A stretch of DNA of 64,000 bases from an uncultured delta proteobacterium (GTDB lineage: Bacteria > Desulfobacterota > Binatia > Binatales > Binataceae): contig CAVRVY010000004.1 in assembly GCA_963724765.1 (NCBI GenBank), positions 544,001 through 608,000 on the forward strand, given 5' to 3'. The notes under the pieces were generated by a model that saw only the letters and a list, made by a program, of their open reading frames with translations, searched no databases and was not told the origin of the DNA. The position numbers and the translations under genes are program-made. This document shows positions 30,122 to 38,804 of the stretch, piece after piece (the stretch's first letter is position 1; each line of letters opens with the position of its first letter).

Positions 30122-30627
30122 GTCCCGCTAACCCACCATCGCTATGCTAGCATCCCCATTTTCGCGGAGTCCAATTTTTCACGGATGTTTCCGCCTTACA
30201 AGCCCGTAAGATGCGGTTTAAAAAGCGAAAAAGAAGGAGCACTCGTCGCGCGAGAATCAATTTGGATCCCGGCTGAGGGCGAGTTCATTTGCGTTCAAAT
30301 CTCACTATGTGAACGGCCTGTTTACTGTTCCTCTCAGCGTCATTTCCATCCGAGAGTTCAGAGTAATATGTCTAGCAATGTTAATACCAAACAGGCACGC
30401 GATTTTTTAGGGCTTGGCTTCAAAAGTTCCGCTAAGTTTTGCGCCGGTGCTATCACGCGGCAGTTGAATCGCGATGACGCTGGACACAACTGACGGCAGG
30501 CATTACAACTTGTCCGGGAGGAAATCTTTGCGCGACTAGTATCTAGGCTTTACTAGTACGAGCGAGCGTCAGGGATCCTCGCCATTATCTGAACCGATCA
30601 ACGTGCGCAGATGTTCCCCGGAGAAAC

Positions 30628-30885
30628 ATGAGGCCATACCAGATCGCCGCGGTGGCTCTGTTGGGTTGGGCTTTTATCGTCACTGAACCTAGCCCGCGCA
30701 CGATCAAGACCGGCTTTTCAACCAAGGAGGCCTGTGAAAAAGCCGCCGACAACTGGCGAGCCAATTACACGCGCCAAGTCAAGCTGGCCAACCAGACGAA
30801 ATATCCGAATAGCCGCCGGCGCCTGGCGCGGGCCGTGCCGCCAACTGAATGTGTTGAGCAGGCAAAAGCGCATTCCGAGAATTGA
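30628..30885 (+). CDS. Small secreted protein with two Cys
   Basis: GGAG SD, signal-like N-terminus, FSTKEAC...TEC. Confidence 0.6.
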   Translation: MRPYQIAAVALLGWAFIVTEPSPRTIKTGFSTKEACEKAADNWRANYTRQVKLANQTKYPNSRRRLARAVPPTECVEQAKAHSEN

Positions 30886-30957
30886 GATCGTCGCAGATTG
30901 CGTTGAATTGATCTGTACCTGCTCGCCGTCTATACGTGTGACGGATTGAAGCAAAAG

Positions 30958-31033
30958 TCGCGCGCGTGAGGGACTTGAACTCCCGACCCTCAGATCCGAA
31001 GTCTGATGCTCTAATTTGCTGAGCTAACGGCGC
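30958..31033 (-). pseudogene. Degenerate tRNA-Arg copy with TCG anticodon
   Basis: Near-identical to tRNA 38611-38687, with D-loop GG>AA, anticodon ACG>TCG, T-stem mismatch, 1-nt acceptor deletion and CCA>CGA. Confidence 0.85.
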
Positions 31034-31172
31034 ACGCCGGACAGAAAAATTTCTAACATCGAAGTTGAATAGTGCGATCTGGTCGCAAGTCGTAAGCACG
31101 ATCTTGGCCGCGCGGCCCAGCTACGAGCACGTTCCGATTGACCACGATTATTTGTCCGCATAAGCTTCGATC

Positions 31173-31349
31173 ATGAGGCTGTTCAACCGTCACTTGTTTA
31201 TCCTCGTAGTCAGCGTCGGGGCCTGCGTGACGACGACTGGATGTTTCTCTTGCACCGAGGTGCATAACCCGCCGCCCCAAGTTACCATCCAGCAATCGCC
31301 CCCCGTTGTGGTCAATCCGGCGCCATCGCCGCCACCCCCGGGCCAGTGA
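31173..31349 (+). CDS. Small Pro-rich putative lipoprotein (58 aa)
   Basis: MRLFNRHLFILVVSVGACVTTTGCFSCTEVHNPPPQVTIQQSPPVVVNPAPSPPPPGQ*. Confidence 0.55.
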   Translation: MRLFNRHLFILVVSVGACVTTTGCFSCTEVHNPPPQVTIQQSPPVVVNPAPSPPPPGQ

Positions 31350-31667
31350 CTGTCCTGAGTGGTTTCAAAACAGCACGCTTCTTAGCCTGCGTTCCAGAAT
31401 CGACGTTACGAGCTGGACATCAATATCTCTCAGCAGGAGGGCACCGGATACGACCCTGGCGATGTTCCTAAAGGTTTCAATGGAACGGAATTTGACAAAG
31501 TGCACGCGCGCCTCGAACGCGTCTCGCGGCTGGTTAACTTGGGGACGCCGCACCGCCGCTGCAAAGTATCGGGTTAGTTGCAAGGCGGGAAGCGCAATTG
31601 CTCATGGCGCTCGTTCAGATTCCTTCCCGTAGGCAGCAGCCGCAAGGATTTGCCGATAAGCTGTGCA

Positions 31668-32462
31668 TCACGGCGCGGAAGAGCATACGCGCACGGCGAA
31701 CGGCGCCTCCTTGCCACGCAACGCTAGCGTGCGTTGCTCCAGGTTGGGAAACTGCCTGGCCACCGCGGCGTAAACCGGTTCGCTCAGCAACGCCTCGCCG
31801 GCTCCCGCGCTCGACGCGAGGCGCGCCGCCGTGTTCACCGAGTCACCCAACGCGGTGAAATCGACCACTCCGTGGCCGCCCACGTTGCCGACGTAGGTGC
31901 GCCCGGAGTTCACCGCCGCTCCGATCGGGATCCACGGGCCGCTCGGCTGTCCATATCCGACCGCCTGCAGGAGTGCGACGGCAGCCTCGGCGGCGTGGCG
32001 GCAATACTCGGGACCGCAGACTCCCGGGATGAAGAGCGCCATCACCTCGTCGCCGATAAGCTTGTCCACGATTGCGTCATGTTGGATCAGAGTTTCGGTC
32101 GCGGCATGGTAGAAACGGTTGAGCGTCGCGGCAAAAGCCTGGGGCCCAAGCTTCTCGCCCAAGGCGGTGGAGCCCCGGACGTCGGCGAAAAGCACTGCGA
32201 TATCGACTTCCGCACCGCCCTCCGGAAGGGCGTCACAGCAGCGCGCGCAAAGGTTCGGATTCTTGCGCGACGGTTTGAACCCGAACAGTCCGACCAGTTT
32301 GCCGCCGACTCCGCCGAACGGGTTGTGACACAGTTTGCAGCGCGGCGGCCCGGGCAGGTAGCGAAAGAGGCGATGCGCAAGCAGGATCGGCTGATGCCCT
32401 TCGACTAGGAGCCTATGCCACGCGCGGTCGCTGGCGGTCGCCGTCTCCGGCTGGTTGGGCAT
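31668..32462 (-). CDS. Class III adenylate/guanylate cyclase with N-terminal CxxC..CxxC domain
   Basis: LFADVRGS, DKLIGDEVMA, GDSVNTAARL, LRGK; CKLC/CARC. Confidence 0.9.
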   Translation of the reverse strand: MPNQPETATASDRAWHRLLVEGHQPILLAHRLFRYLPGPPRCKLCHNPFGGVGGKLVGLFGFKPSRKNPNLCARCCDALPEGGAEVDIAVLFADVRGSTALGEKLGPQAFAATLNRFYHAATETLIQHDAIVDKLIGDEVMALFIPGVCGPEYCRHAAEAAVALLQAVGYGQPSGPWIPIGAAVNSGRTYVGNVGGHGVVDFTALGDSVNTAARLASSAGAGEALLSEPVYAAVARQFPNLEQRTLALRGKEAPFAVRVCSSAP

Positions 32463-33037
32463 AATTTTGTGAGGCTACCACGCAAATGCAGGGAATCACA
32501 CAGGGGCGCGCGCCTGGCATGGAAGGCCGAATCGGCAATCTTCTCGACCAGCGTCCCTGGCTGGTGCTGAGATAGCGGCCGGTGGCGCTAGTGCGTCAGC
32601 GAGTTGCCCGCACACGCGGTCACTGCGCGACGACCGAACAACTTGGCGATCGGGTGAGCGCTACATGGAGCTGACCGGCCGGTGGCGTAAGCGGACGAGT
32701 CGATTCGGAGCGGGTGGTTATCGGGTCAGATTGCCGGGTGCGCTGGCGAGGTCTAAATTATGCCAAATGACGCTATTTGAATCACCCTCTCAATTCCGAG
32801 AGAAAGCCGCGATTTGTCGAATTTTTGAGCTGTTGCCACTTCAAGCCCCCGCTTTGACGATGCTATGAGCCGACCGCGCGGCGTTGCCCCGTCGAAAAGG
32901 CGCACGGCGAATCGCGAAGGAGCCGTCCGCAACGTCTGCCGCCTTTACAGTGAAGGCGATCGACGCGCTGCCAGGCGCGATCCGGGCGGCGACCTTGGCG
33001 CTCCTCGGTCCGCACGTCTGAGAGGTGGTGAGTCACG

Positions 33038-34920
33038 ATGAGCGAAATCGTAATCAGCGTCCTCATTCCACTTGTCAGCGCCCTCGTGGGTGGACTTGCA
33101 GGCGCATATGTAGGCTACCGAGGTGCTCTTAGAGTGCAGCGCCAAGAGGACGAAAGCCGTTGCAAGGCAGCCGGTAAGGCACTCCTGGCCGAGATAATAA
33201 GAAATCACAGGGCGCTGGAGTACGTAGGAGAACACCGACCCGCTGGCTTCAGCCAATCGGTACTGAAGGCCGAACTCCCGATGCTGGCCAGACTCCTGGA
33301 CTGGAAAGAACTGCGTATTGCCTTAGAGCCTTACCTTCTTGCAGCCGAGCCACTACTTGGATTTTCCATAGCGGACGAACTTCGCAACAGAACTCTAGCT
33401 TATAAGTTCGCGGGCAACCCGGTCAGCTTTGAACGAAATGCCCAAGAAGTGCTCAAGACGTGTAAGGAGGAACTCGCGAAGGCGCGCCAGAAGTTTGCTG
33501 AGGCGGCCGAGGTCTTGCGATCTAGCAGGCCGTTGAGGAAGGGGTTTGATTAGTCAGTGTGATCGCCGTGGTAGTGATAGAAGCGCTGGATTCAGTGGTC
33601 GGGTTCGACGGTTTTCGCTGGCCGAGGCGAGCGCGGCGGTATGGTGGAGTCGTGCTTCATGCGGGGGCCGGGCCGAGTCTGGCGATTCGGAGCAGGTTGT
33701 AGGCGGCGGCCACCAGGTAGGCGTGGAGTTGGGTGCGGCGAGGCGCAATAGCGCGTTTTGCGCAGGCCGCCCACGGTCTTCATCCAGCCGAAGATCTCTT
33801 CGACCCGCTTGCGTACCCTTTGGCTCACCGCGTAGCCGGCATGACGGGCAGTGCGGTGGTCGAGTGCGGAGCCGCCGGCGCGACTCTCATTGCGCGCGAG
33901 GTGCGGGGTGACCTTGAGTGCGCGGCACGCGGCGACGAACTCGGCAGTGTCGTAGCCCTTGTCGGCACCCAGTGTAATCCGCCGGCTGCCCGGCAACGCG
34001 GTCTCCAGCATCGCACGGGCACTTTTGCGCTCGGCGTAGCCGTCGGCTGGTTCGACCGCGAACTCGATAAGAAGACCGTTGCGGTTCTCCATCAGCGCGT
34101 TGGCCGAGTAACACAATTTCGCTTCCTTGCCCGCTCCCTTCTTCGCCAGCTTCGCCTCGGGGTCGGTGGTCGACTGATGAGTCGCGTTGCGGCGGCGCTC
34201 GCCGTGGAAGTTATCGTCGGGTTGCCGGGTCGTCGGGCGGCTGGCTCGGTTCCCGCTCCTTGCGCTTGAAGCTCTTGAGCGACGCCCAGGCCTCGACCAG
34301 CGTGCCATCCACGGTGAAGTGCTCGTCCGAAAGCAACTGCATGGTCCGGGCCTGCGCGACCACGCGGGAAAAAAATTCGCGCGCCACGTCGTGCTCCAAA
34401 AGCCGCGCCCGGTTTCGCGAGAAGGTCGAATGGTCGAAGCTCGGCTCGGCCGCATCCATATCGAGGAACCAGCGGAACAACAGGTTGTAGTCGAGCTGCT
34501 CGCACAACATCCGTTCGCTGCGGACCGTATAGAGCGCCATCAGCAACGAGCCCTTCAGCAGTCGCTCGGCGGGATCGACGGCCGTCCGATCGCGCTGTAC
34601 ATCTCATCGAACAGCGGCGAAAGCTGCGCCAGCGCCGCATCGGCGAGTTCCTTGACCCGCCGCAGCGGATGCTCCTTCGGCACCCGATCGCCAGGCTCCA
34701 TGATCATCAATATCGCCGCTGCCGCCGCTCTTCTCCCCGCATCTGCCGCTTCCTCCACCAATCCGATTGCTCACTCTGACGAATTATATCGAAGTGAAAT
34801 TCAGGCGTTTATCAACGGCCTGCTAGGGTTCGTACTGACGCGGAATCGCAGGACTTCGCGAGTTTGTCCATCAACGTAGCAACGCACGATAAAGGTCCGA
34901 CACTACCGGACCCGCGATAG
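33038..34920 (+). pseudogene. Orphan N-terminal-TM protein disrupted by an IS5-family insertion
   Basis: Removing the IS and one CTAG restores a continuous 193-aa frame ending TAG at 34918-34920. Confidence 0.7.
33526..34822 (-). mobile_element. IS5-family insertion sequence, copy 1 (transposase with several frameshifts)
   Basis: Terminal IRs CAGGCCGTTGA/TCAACGGCCTG, flanking CTAG duplications, DDE motifs VDGT/ADKGYD/VEEIFG. Confidence 0.92.
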
Positions 34921-35203
34921 ATCAGAACCCCGATCCGGCGCACCGTGGCTCAACCGCGACGCGAAGCGCGATCCCGCGATGAAATGATGGCGAGTTGTTC
35001 GTCGCTCGCTGGACGAGGAAGTGGCGAGCGGCGAGTGCAGGCCCGGGTCATGTTCCTCGATTTTCTGGGTCAACCTCTGTCAATGGCGGACATGGGGCCT
35101 CCGCCTTCCGCCGCCGCGCTCCCCGCGGACCTGGTGTCTCAGCGATTTGTTTATGGGCCATTTTGTCCGCGCGTGACAAGAAATGTGAAACGACGGGGCC
35201 TAG

Positions 35204-36505
35204 CAGGCCGTTGAGGAAGGGGTTTGATTAGTCAGTGTGATCGCCGTGGTAGTGATAGAAGCGCTGGATTCAGTGGTCGGGTTCGACAGTTTTCGCTGGC
35301 CGAGGCGAGCGCGGCGGTATGGTGGAGTCGTGCTTCATGCGGGGGCCGGGCCGAGTCTGGCGATTCGGAGCAGGTTGTAGGCGGCGGCCACCAGGTAGGC
35401 GTGGAGTTGGGTGCGGTCGAGGCCGCAATAGCGCGTTTTGCGCAGGCCGCCCACGGTCTTCATCCAGCCGAAGATCTCTTCGACCCGCTTGCGTACCCTT
35501 TGGCTCACCGCGTAGCCGGCATGACGGGCAGTGCGGCGGTCGAGTGCGGAGCCGCCGGCGCGACTCTCGTTGCGCGCGAGGTGCGGGGTGACCTTGAGGC
35601 GCGGCAGGCGGCGACGAACTCGGCAGTGTCGTAGCCCTTGTCGGCACCCAGTGTAATCCGCCGGCTGCCCGGCAACGCGGTCTCCAGCATCGCACGGGCA
35701 CTTTTGCGCTCGGCGTAGCCGTCGGCTGGTTCGACCGCGAACTCGATCAGAAGACCGTTGCGGTTCTCCATCAGCGCGTTGGCCGAGTAACACAATTTCG
35801 CTTCCTTGCCCGCGCCCTTCTTCGCCAGCTTCGCCTCGGGGTCGGTGGTCGACTGATGAGTCGCGTTGGGGCGGCGCTCGCCGTGGAAGTTAATCGTCGG
35901 GTTGCCGGGGTCGTCGGGCGGCTGGCTCGGTTCCCGGTCCTTGCGCTTGAAGCTCTTGAGCGACGCCCAGGCCTCGACCAGCGTGCCGTCCACGGTGAAG
36001 TGCTCGTCCGAAAGCAACTGCATGGTCCGGGCCTGCGCGACCACGCGGGTAAAAAATTCGCGCGCCACGTCGTGCTCCAAAAGCCGCGCCCGGTTGCGCG
36101 AGAAGGTCGAATGGTCGAAGCTCGGCTCGGCCGCATCCATATCGAGGAACCAGCGGAACAACAGGTTGTAGTCGAGCTGCTCGCACAACATCCGTTCGCT
36201 GCGCACCGTATAGAGCGCCATCAGCAACGAGCCCTTCAGCAGTCGCTCGGGCGGGATCGACGGCCGTCCGATCGCGCTGTACATCTCATCGAACAGCGGC
36301 GAAAGCTGCGCCAGCGCCGCATCGGCGAGTTCCTTGACCCGCCGCAGCGGATGCTCCTTCGGCACCCGATCGCCAGGCTCCATGATCATCAATATCGCCC
36401 GCTGCCGCCGCTCTTCTCCCCGCATCTGCCGCTTCCTCCACCAATCCGATTGCTCACTCTGACGAATTATATCGAAGTGAAATTCAGGCGTTTATCAACG
36501 GCCTG
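35204..36505 (-). mobile_element. IS5-family insertion sequence, copy 2 (transposase 35335-36425, one frameshift near 35598)
   Basis: Same IRs and CTAG duplications; near-identical to copy 1. Confidence 0.93.
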
Positions 36506-36797
36506 CTAGGCGGGTCGACCGACATCCAGATCTGAACAACTTTTCCGCTCTAGCAATGCTGGAATCCGCAATGTTCCGGAGCGGACCGTGACGCCTGCTA
36601 AGAACGCGATGGACGTACCTTTGCCGTCGCCGCTTCAATTTGGCATCACTGAAGTTAAAGTTGAGACTCCTGTGACCTCTATTTGCATGTCGTTTAGAGT
36701 CGCTGACAGCTGCTCGACATACTAGTCCCTCGACATGCGACGCTCGACACACTGTATCGCTCGAACCGGTCGCCGATGAGGAGGTGCTCGACCACAC

Positions 36798-37151
36798 TCA
36801 GTCCACCTCGGCGGTGAAGTCTTGTATAAAGGGCCCTTTGCGCTTTTCCGTGGCGAAGCCCTTTCTGTCCCGCCTCGCTTCGTACAGGCAAACTTCAAAC
36901 GACCGAAAATCGACCTCTTCGGCTTCGATGATGAATTCTTCTCCATTTCTGTTTTGCAGATAAGGCTCAAGGCCGTGAGCGATTTGACGTATCAGTGACT
37001 CGACCTCTACCGCTTTCGTGGTCGGCAAAAGCTTGTGCACCCAGCGAGTGCTGTAACAGAGGTGCACGAACGATTCCGCGTCGCGCCAGACGAAGTCGAT
37101 CTTTCTTCAACCGCCGCCGAGGTAGAGGATGGCGAACAACCGGATTGTCAT
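36798..37151 (-). pseudogene. Orphan ORF with an in-frame TGA at codon 15
   Basis: MTIRLFAILYLGGG*RKIDFVWRDAESFVHLCYST...FTAEVD reads in one frame, starting 34 nt after the HNH stop. Confidence 0.5.
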
Positions 37152-37185
37152 CCTGCTAGTTCCGGAAATCTATCTTCTGTTTTGG

Positions 37186-37509
37186 CTATTTGTACGTTGA
37201 ATTCTCAGGGTTTGGCGGGACGAGCGGCTTGACGTTCTTTTCCCAGTACTCTCGCATCTGAGCCCACCATGTTCGGATTGCTGCCCTTGCCTCTTGGAGG
37301 CTCGCAAAGTCCGCTCCACCCTTCATTTGGTTGCATATTATGCAGGCGGTCTCGCGGTTCTCGGGTTCATCGCTCCCGAGTCGTGACTTAGGCTTGAAGT
37401 GATCCACCTGAAGTAACGCCCACCCATTGAACGTCCGTCCGTCAAAGCCACAGTACACGCATTTGAACTCATTCCGCGCAAAGGTTTGCTCATCGGTCTC
37501 TGGTGCCAT
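37186..37509 (-). CDS. HNH endonuclease (McrA-like, single domain)
   Basis: CVYCG...VDHFKP...N...ACIICNQMKG; AGGAG SD. Confidence 0.88.
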   Translation of the reverse strand: MAPETDEQTFARNEFKCVYCGFDGRTFNGWALLQVDHFKPKSRLGSDEPENRETACIICNQMKGGADFASLQEARAAIRTWWAQMREYWEKNVKPLVPPNPENSTYK

Positions 37510-37780
37510 CGCTTTAGCTCCTATGGTTTCACCATAGGCCCCGGAACCGCTCAACGCCAAGCGGTGCACAAGCGGAGCAGCTCAGCGACGGAGTGCGACG
37601 GCGCGTTGATCGTTGGCGCTTGGTCGCGGGGTCACTCAGTTCCTCCACCTCATTAACAGCCGGTGGATTGCCGATTAGCGACGGTCTTTACCCCGTCGAC
37701 CTTGCGCCTACAATTAAATAACTGGCCCGCGAGAGCGAACCATTTTCTGTTCTCGGACATTGGCTGGAGGGTCAAAATAA

Positions 37781-38269
37781 GTGACGTTGTTCGATTACGC
37801 TCAAATATGCATGAACGGTCACGTAATCAACTCGGTTGCCGGACAAGCTCCGGCCTTGAACCGGAAATTCTGCGCGTCGTGCGGGGCGAAGACTATTACA
37901 CAATGCCCCTCATGTCAGTCTCCGATAAGAGGGGAACCGCGAGTGTCGTGGATGGCAAGCGACGTGGTGCCTCCGTACACATGCCCGTCATTCTGCGAGG
38001 ACTGCGGCAGCCCGTACCCGTGGACCCAATCGAAGCTCGTAGCAGCGACGGAATTGATCGAACTGTCGGACGATATTGAAGCGTCCGACAAAGAGATTCT
38101 TGTGGCCGACCTACCCGACCTTGCTCGCGAAACACCAAAGACAAAGGTGGCAGCAACCAGGTTCAGGAAAATCGCCGTAAGGCTGGGCGGGAGCGTAGCT
38201 TCCGCACTGCGAGACATCGCTGTGGATGTTGCGAGTGAAGCAGCAAAGAAAATCATAGTCGGCCCTTAG
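37781..38269 (+). CDS. DUF2321-like zinc-ribbon protein
   Basis: AQICMNGH, FCASCG, CPSC, FCEDCGSPYPWT, TPKTKVA, DVASEAAKK; GGAGG SD. Confidence 0.8.
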   Translation: MTLFDYAQICMNGHVINSVAGQAPALNRKFCASCGAKTITQCPSCQSPIRGEPRVSWMASDVVPPYTCPSFCEDCGSPYPWTQSKLVAATELIELSDDIEASDKEILVADLPDLARETPKTKVAATRFRKIAVRLGGSVASALRDIAVDVASEAAKKIIVGP

Positions 38270-38610
38270 GAAGGTCCCTCAATTGCTTCGGAGCCACGGG
38301 ACTGGCCGTTCAACAAACGTACAACTCCCAAACTTTTCGAGAAATTTTCCGCGCGGCGCCTGCCGCCCGTTTTCGATCGCAGCCAACGGGAGATCGACCC
38401 TCCTACCCCCGCTCGCGACCGCAGCCGCGCCGCCTCGATGACACCCGGCGACTTCGAGGCCGAGCGCCTGAGTGCTCGGCTTCGAAGCCAGAAACACAGT
38501 CTTAGATCGCAAAGGCTTTCGCTGCCGTCTATAAGCCGTCTACACGGCTTGTCAGGCCCGCCTCTTCGATGACGGCTGGCACTAAAAAGCGTTGATTTAT
38601 GGGATTGATT

Positions 38611-38687
38611 TGGCGCGCCGTGAGGGATTTGAACCCCCGACCCTCAGATCCGTAGTCTGATGCTCTAATCCGCTGAGCTAACGGCGC
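38611..38687 (-). tRNA. tRNA-Arg(ACG)
   Basis: 77-nt cloverleaf GCGCCGT...ACGGCGC-G-CCA, anticodon loop CT-ACG-GA, TTCAAAT T-loop. Confidence 0.97.
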
Positions 38688-38804
38688 ACGCCGGACAGAA
38701 AAATTTCTCACATCGAACGCAGCGCCGCAAGACGCCGGTCGGAGCCCTCCTGGCCTGTTCCTCCAGTCGTCCCCAATCGGCGGAGGAATCGGATCGATCA
38801 TCAG

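Noticed and set aside
30185-30493. 102-aa ORF in the lower-GC spacer
   Set aside because: No SD, atypical composition and no motifs; probably non-coding
30958-31033. Functional tRNA-Arg(UCG)
   Set aside because: Lost G18G19, acceptor-stem deletion, T-stem mismatch and no CCA; kept as a pseudogene and finding
32920-33021. Peptide KAIDALPGAIRAATLALL resembling short helices seen near island integrases
   Set aside because: No convincing start or SD and no integrase motifs nearby; too short to support
35075-35170. Possible IS21-like end (TGTCAATGGCGG / TGTTTATGGGCCATTTTGTCC)
   Set aside because: No matching inverted partner and no istA/istB remnant identified
38279-38610. Integrase remnant next to the tRNA
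   Set aside because: No tyrosine or serine recombinase motifs in the ORFs here
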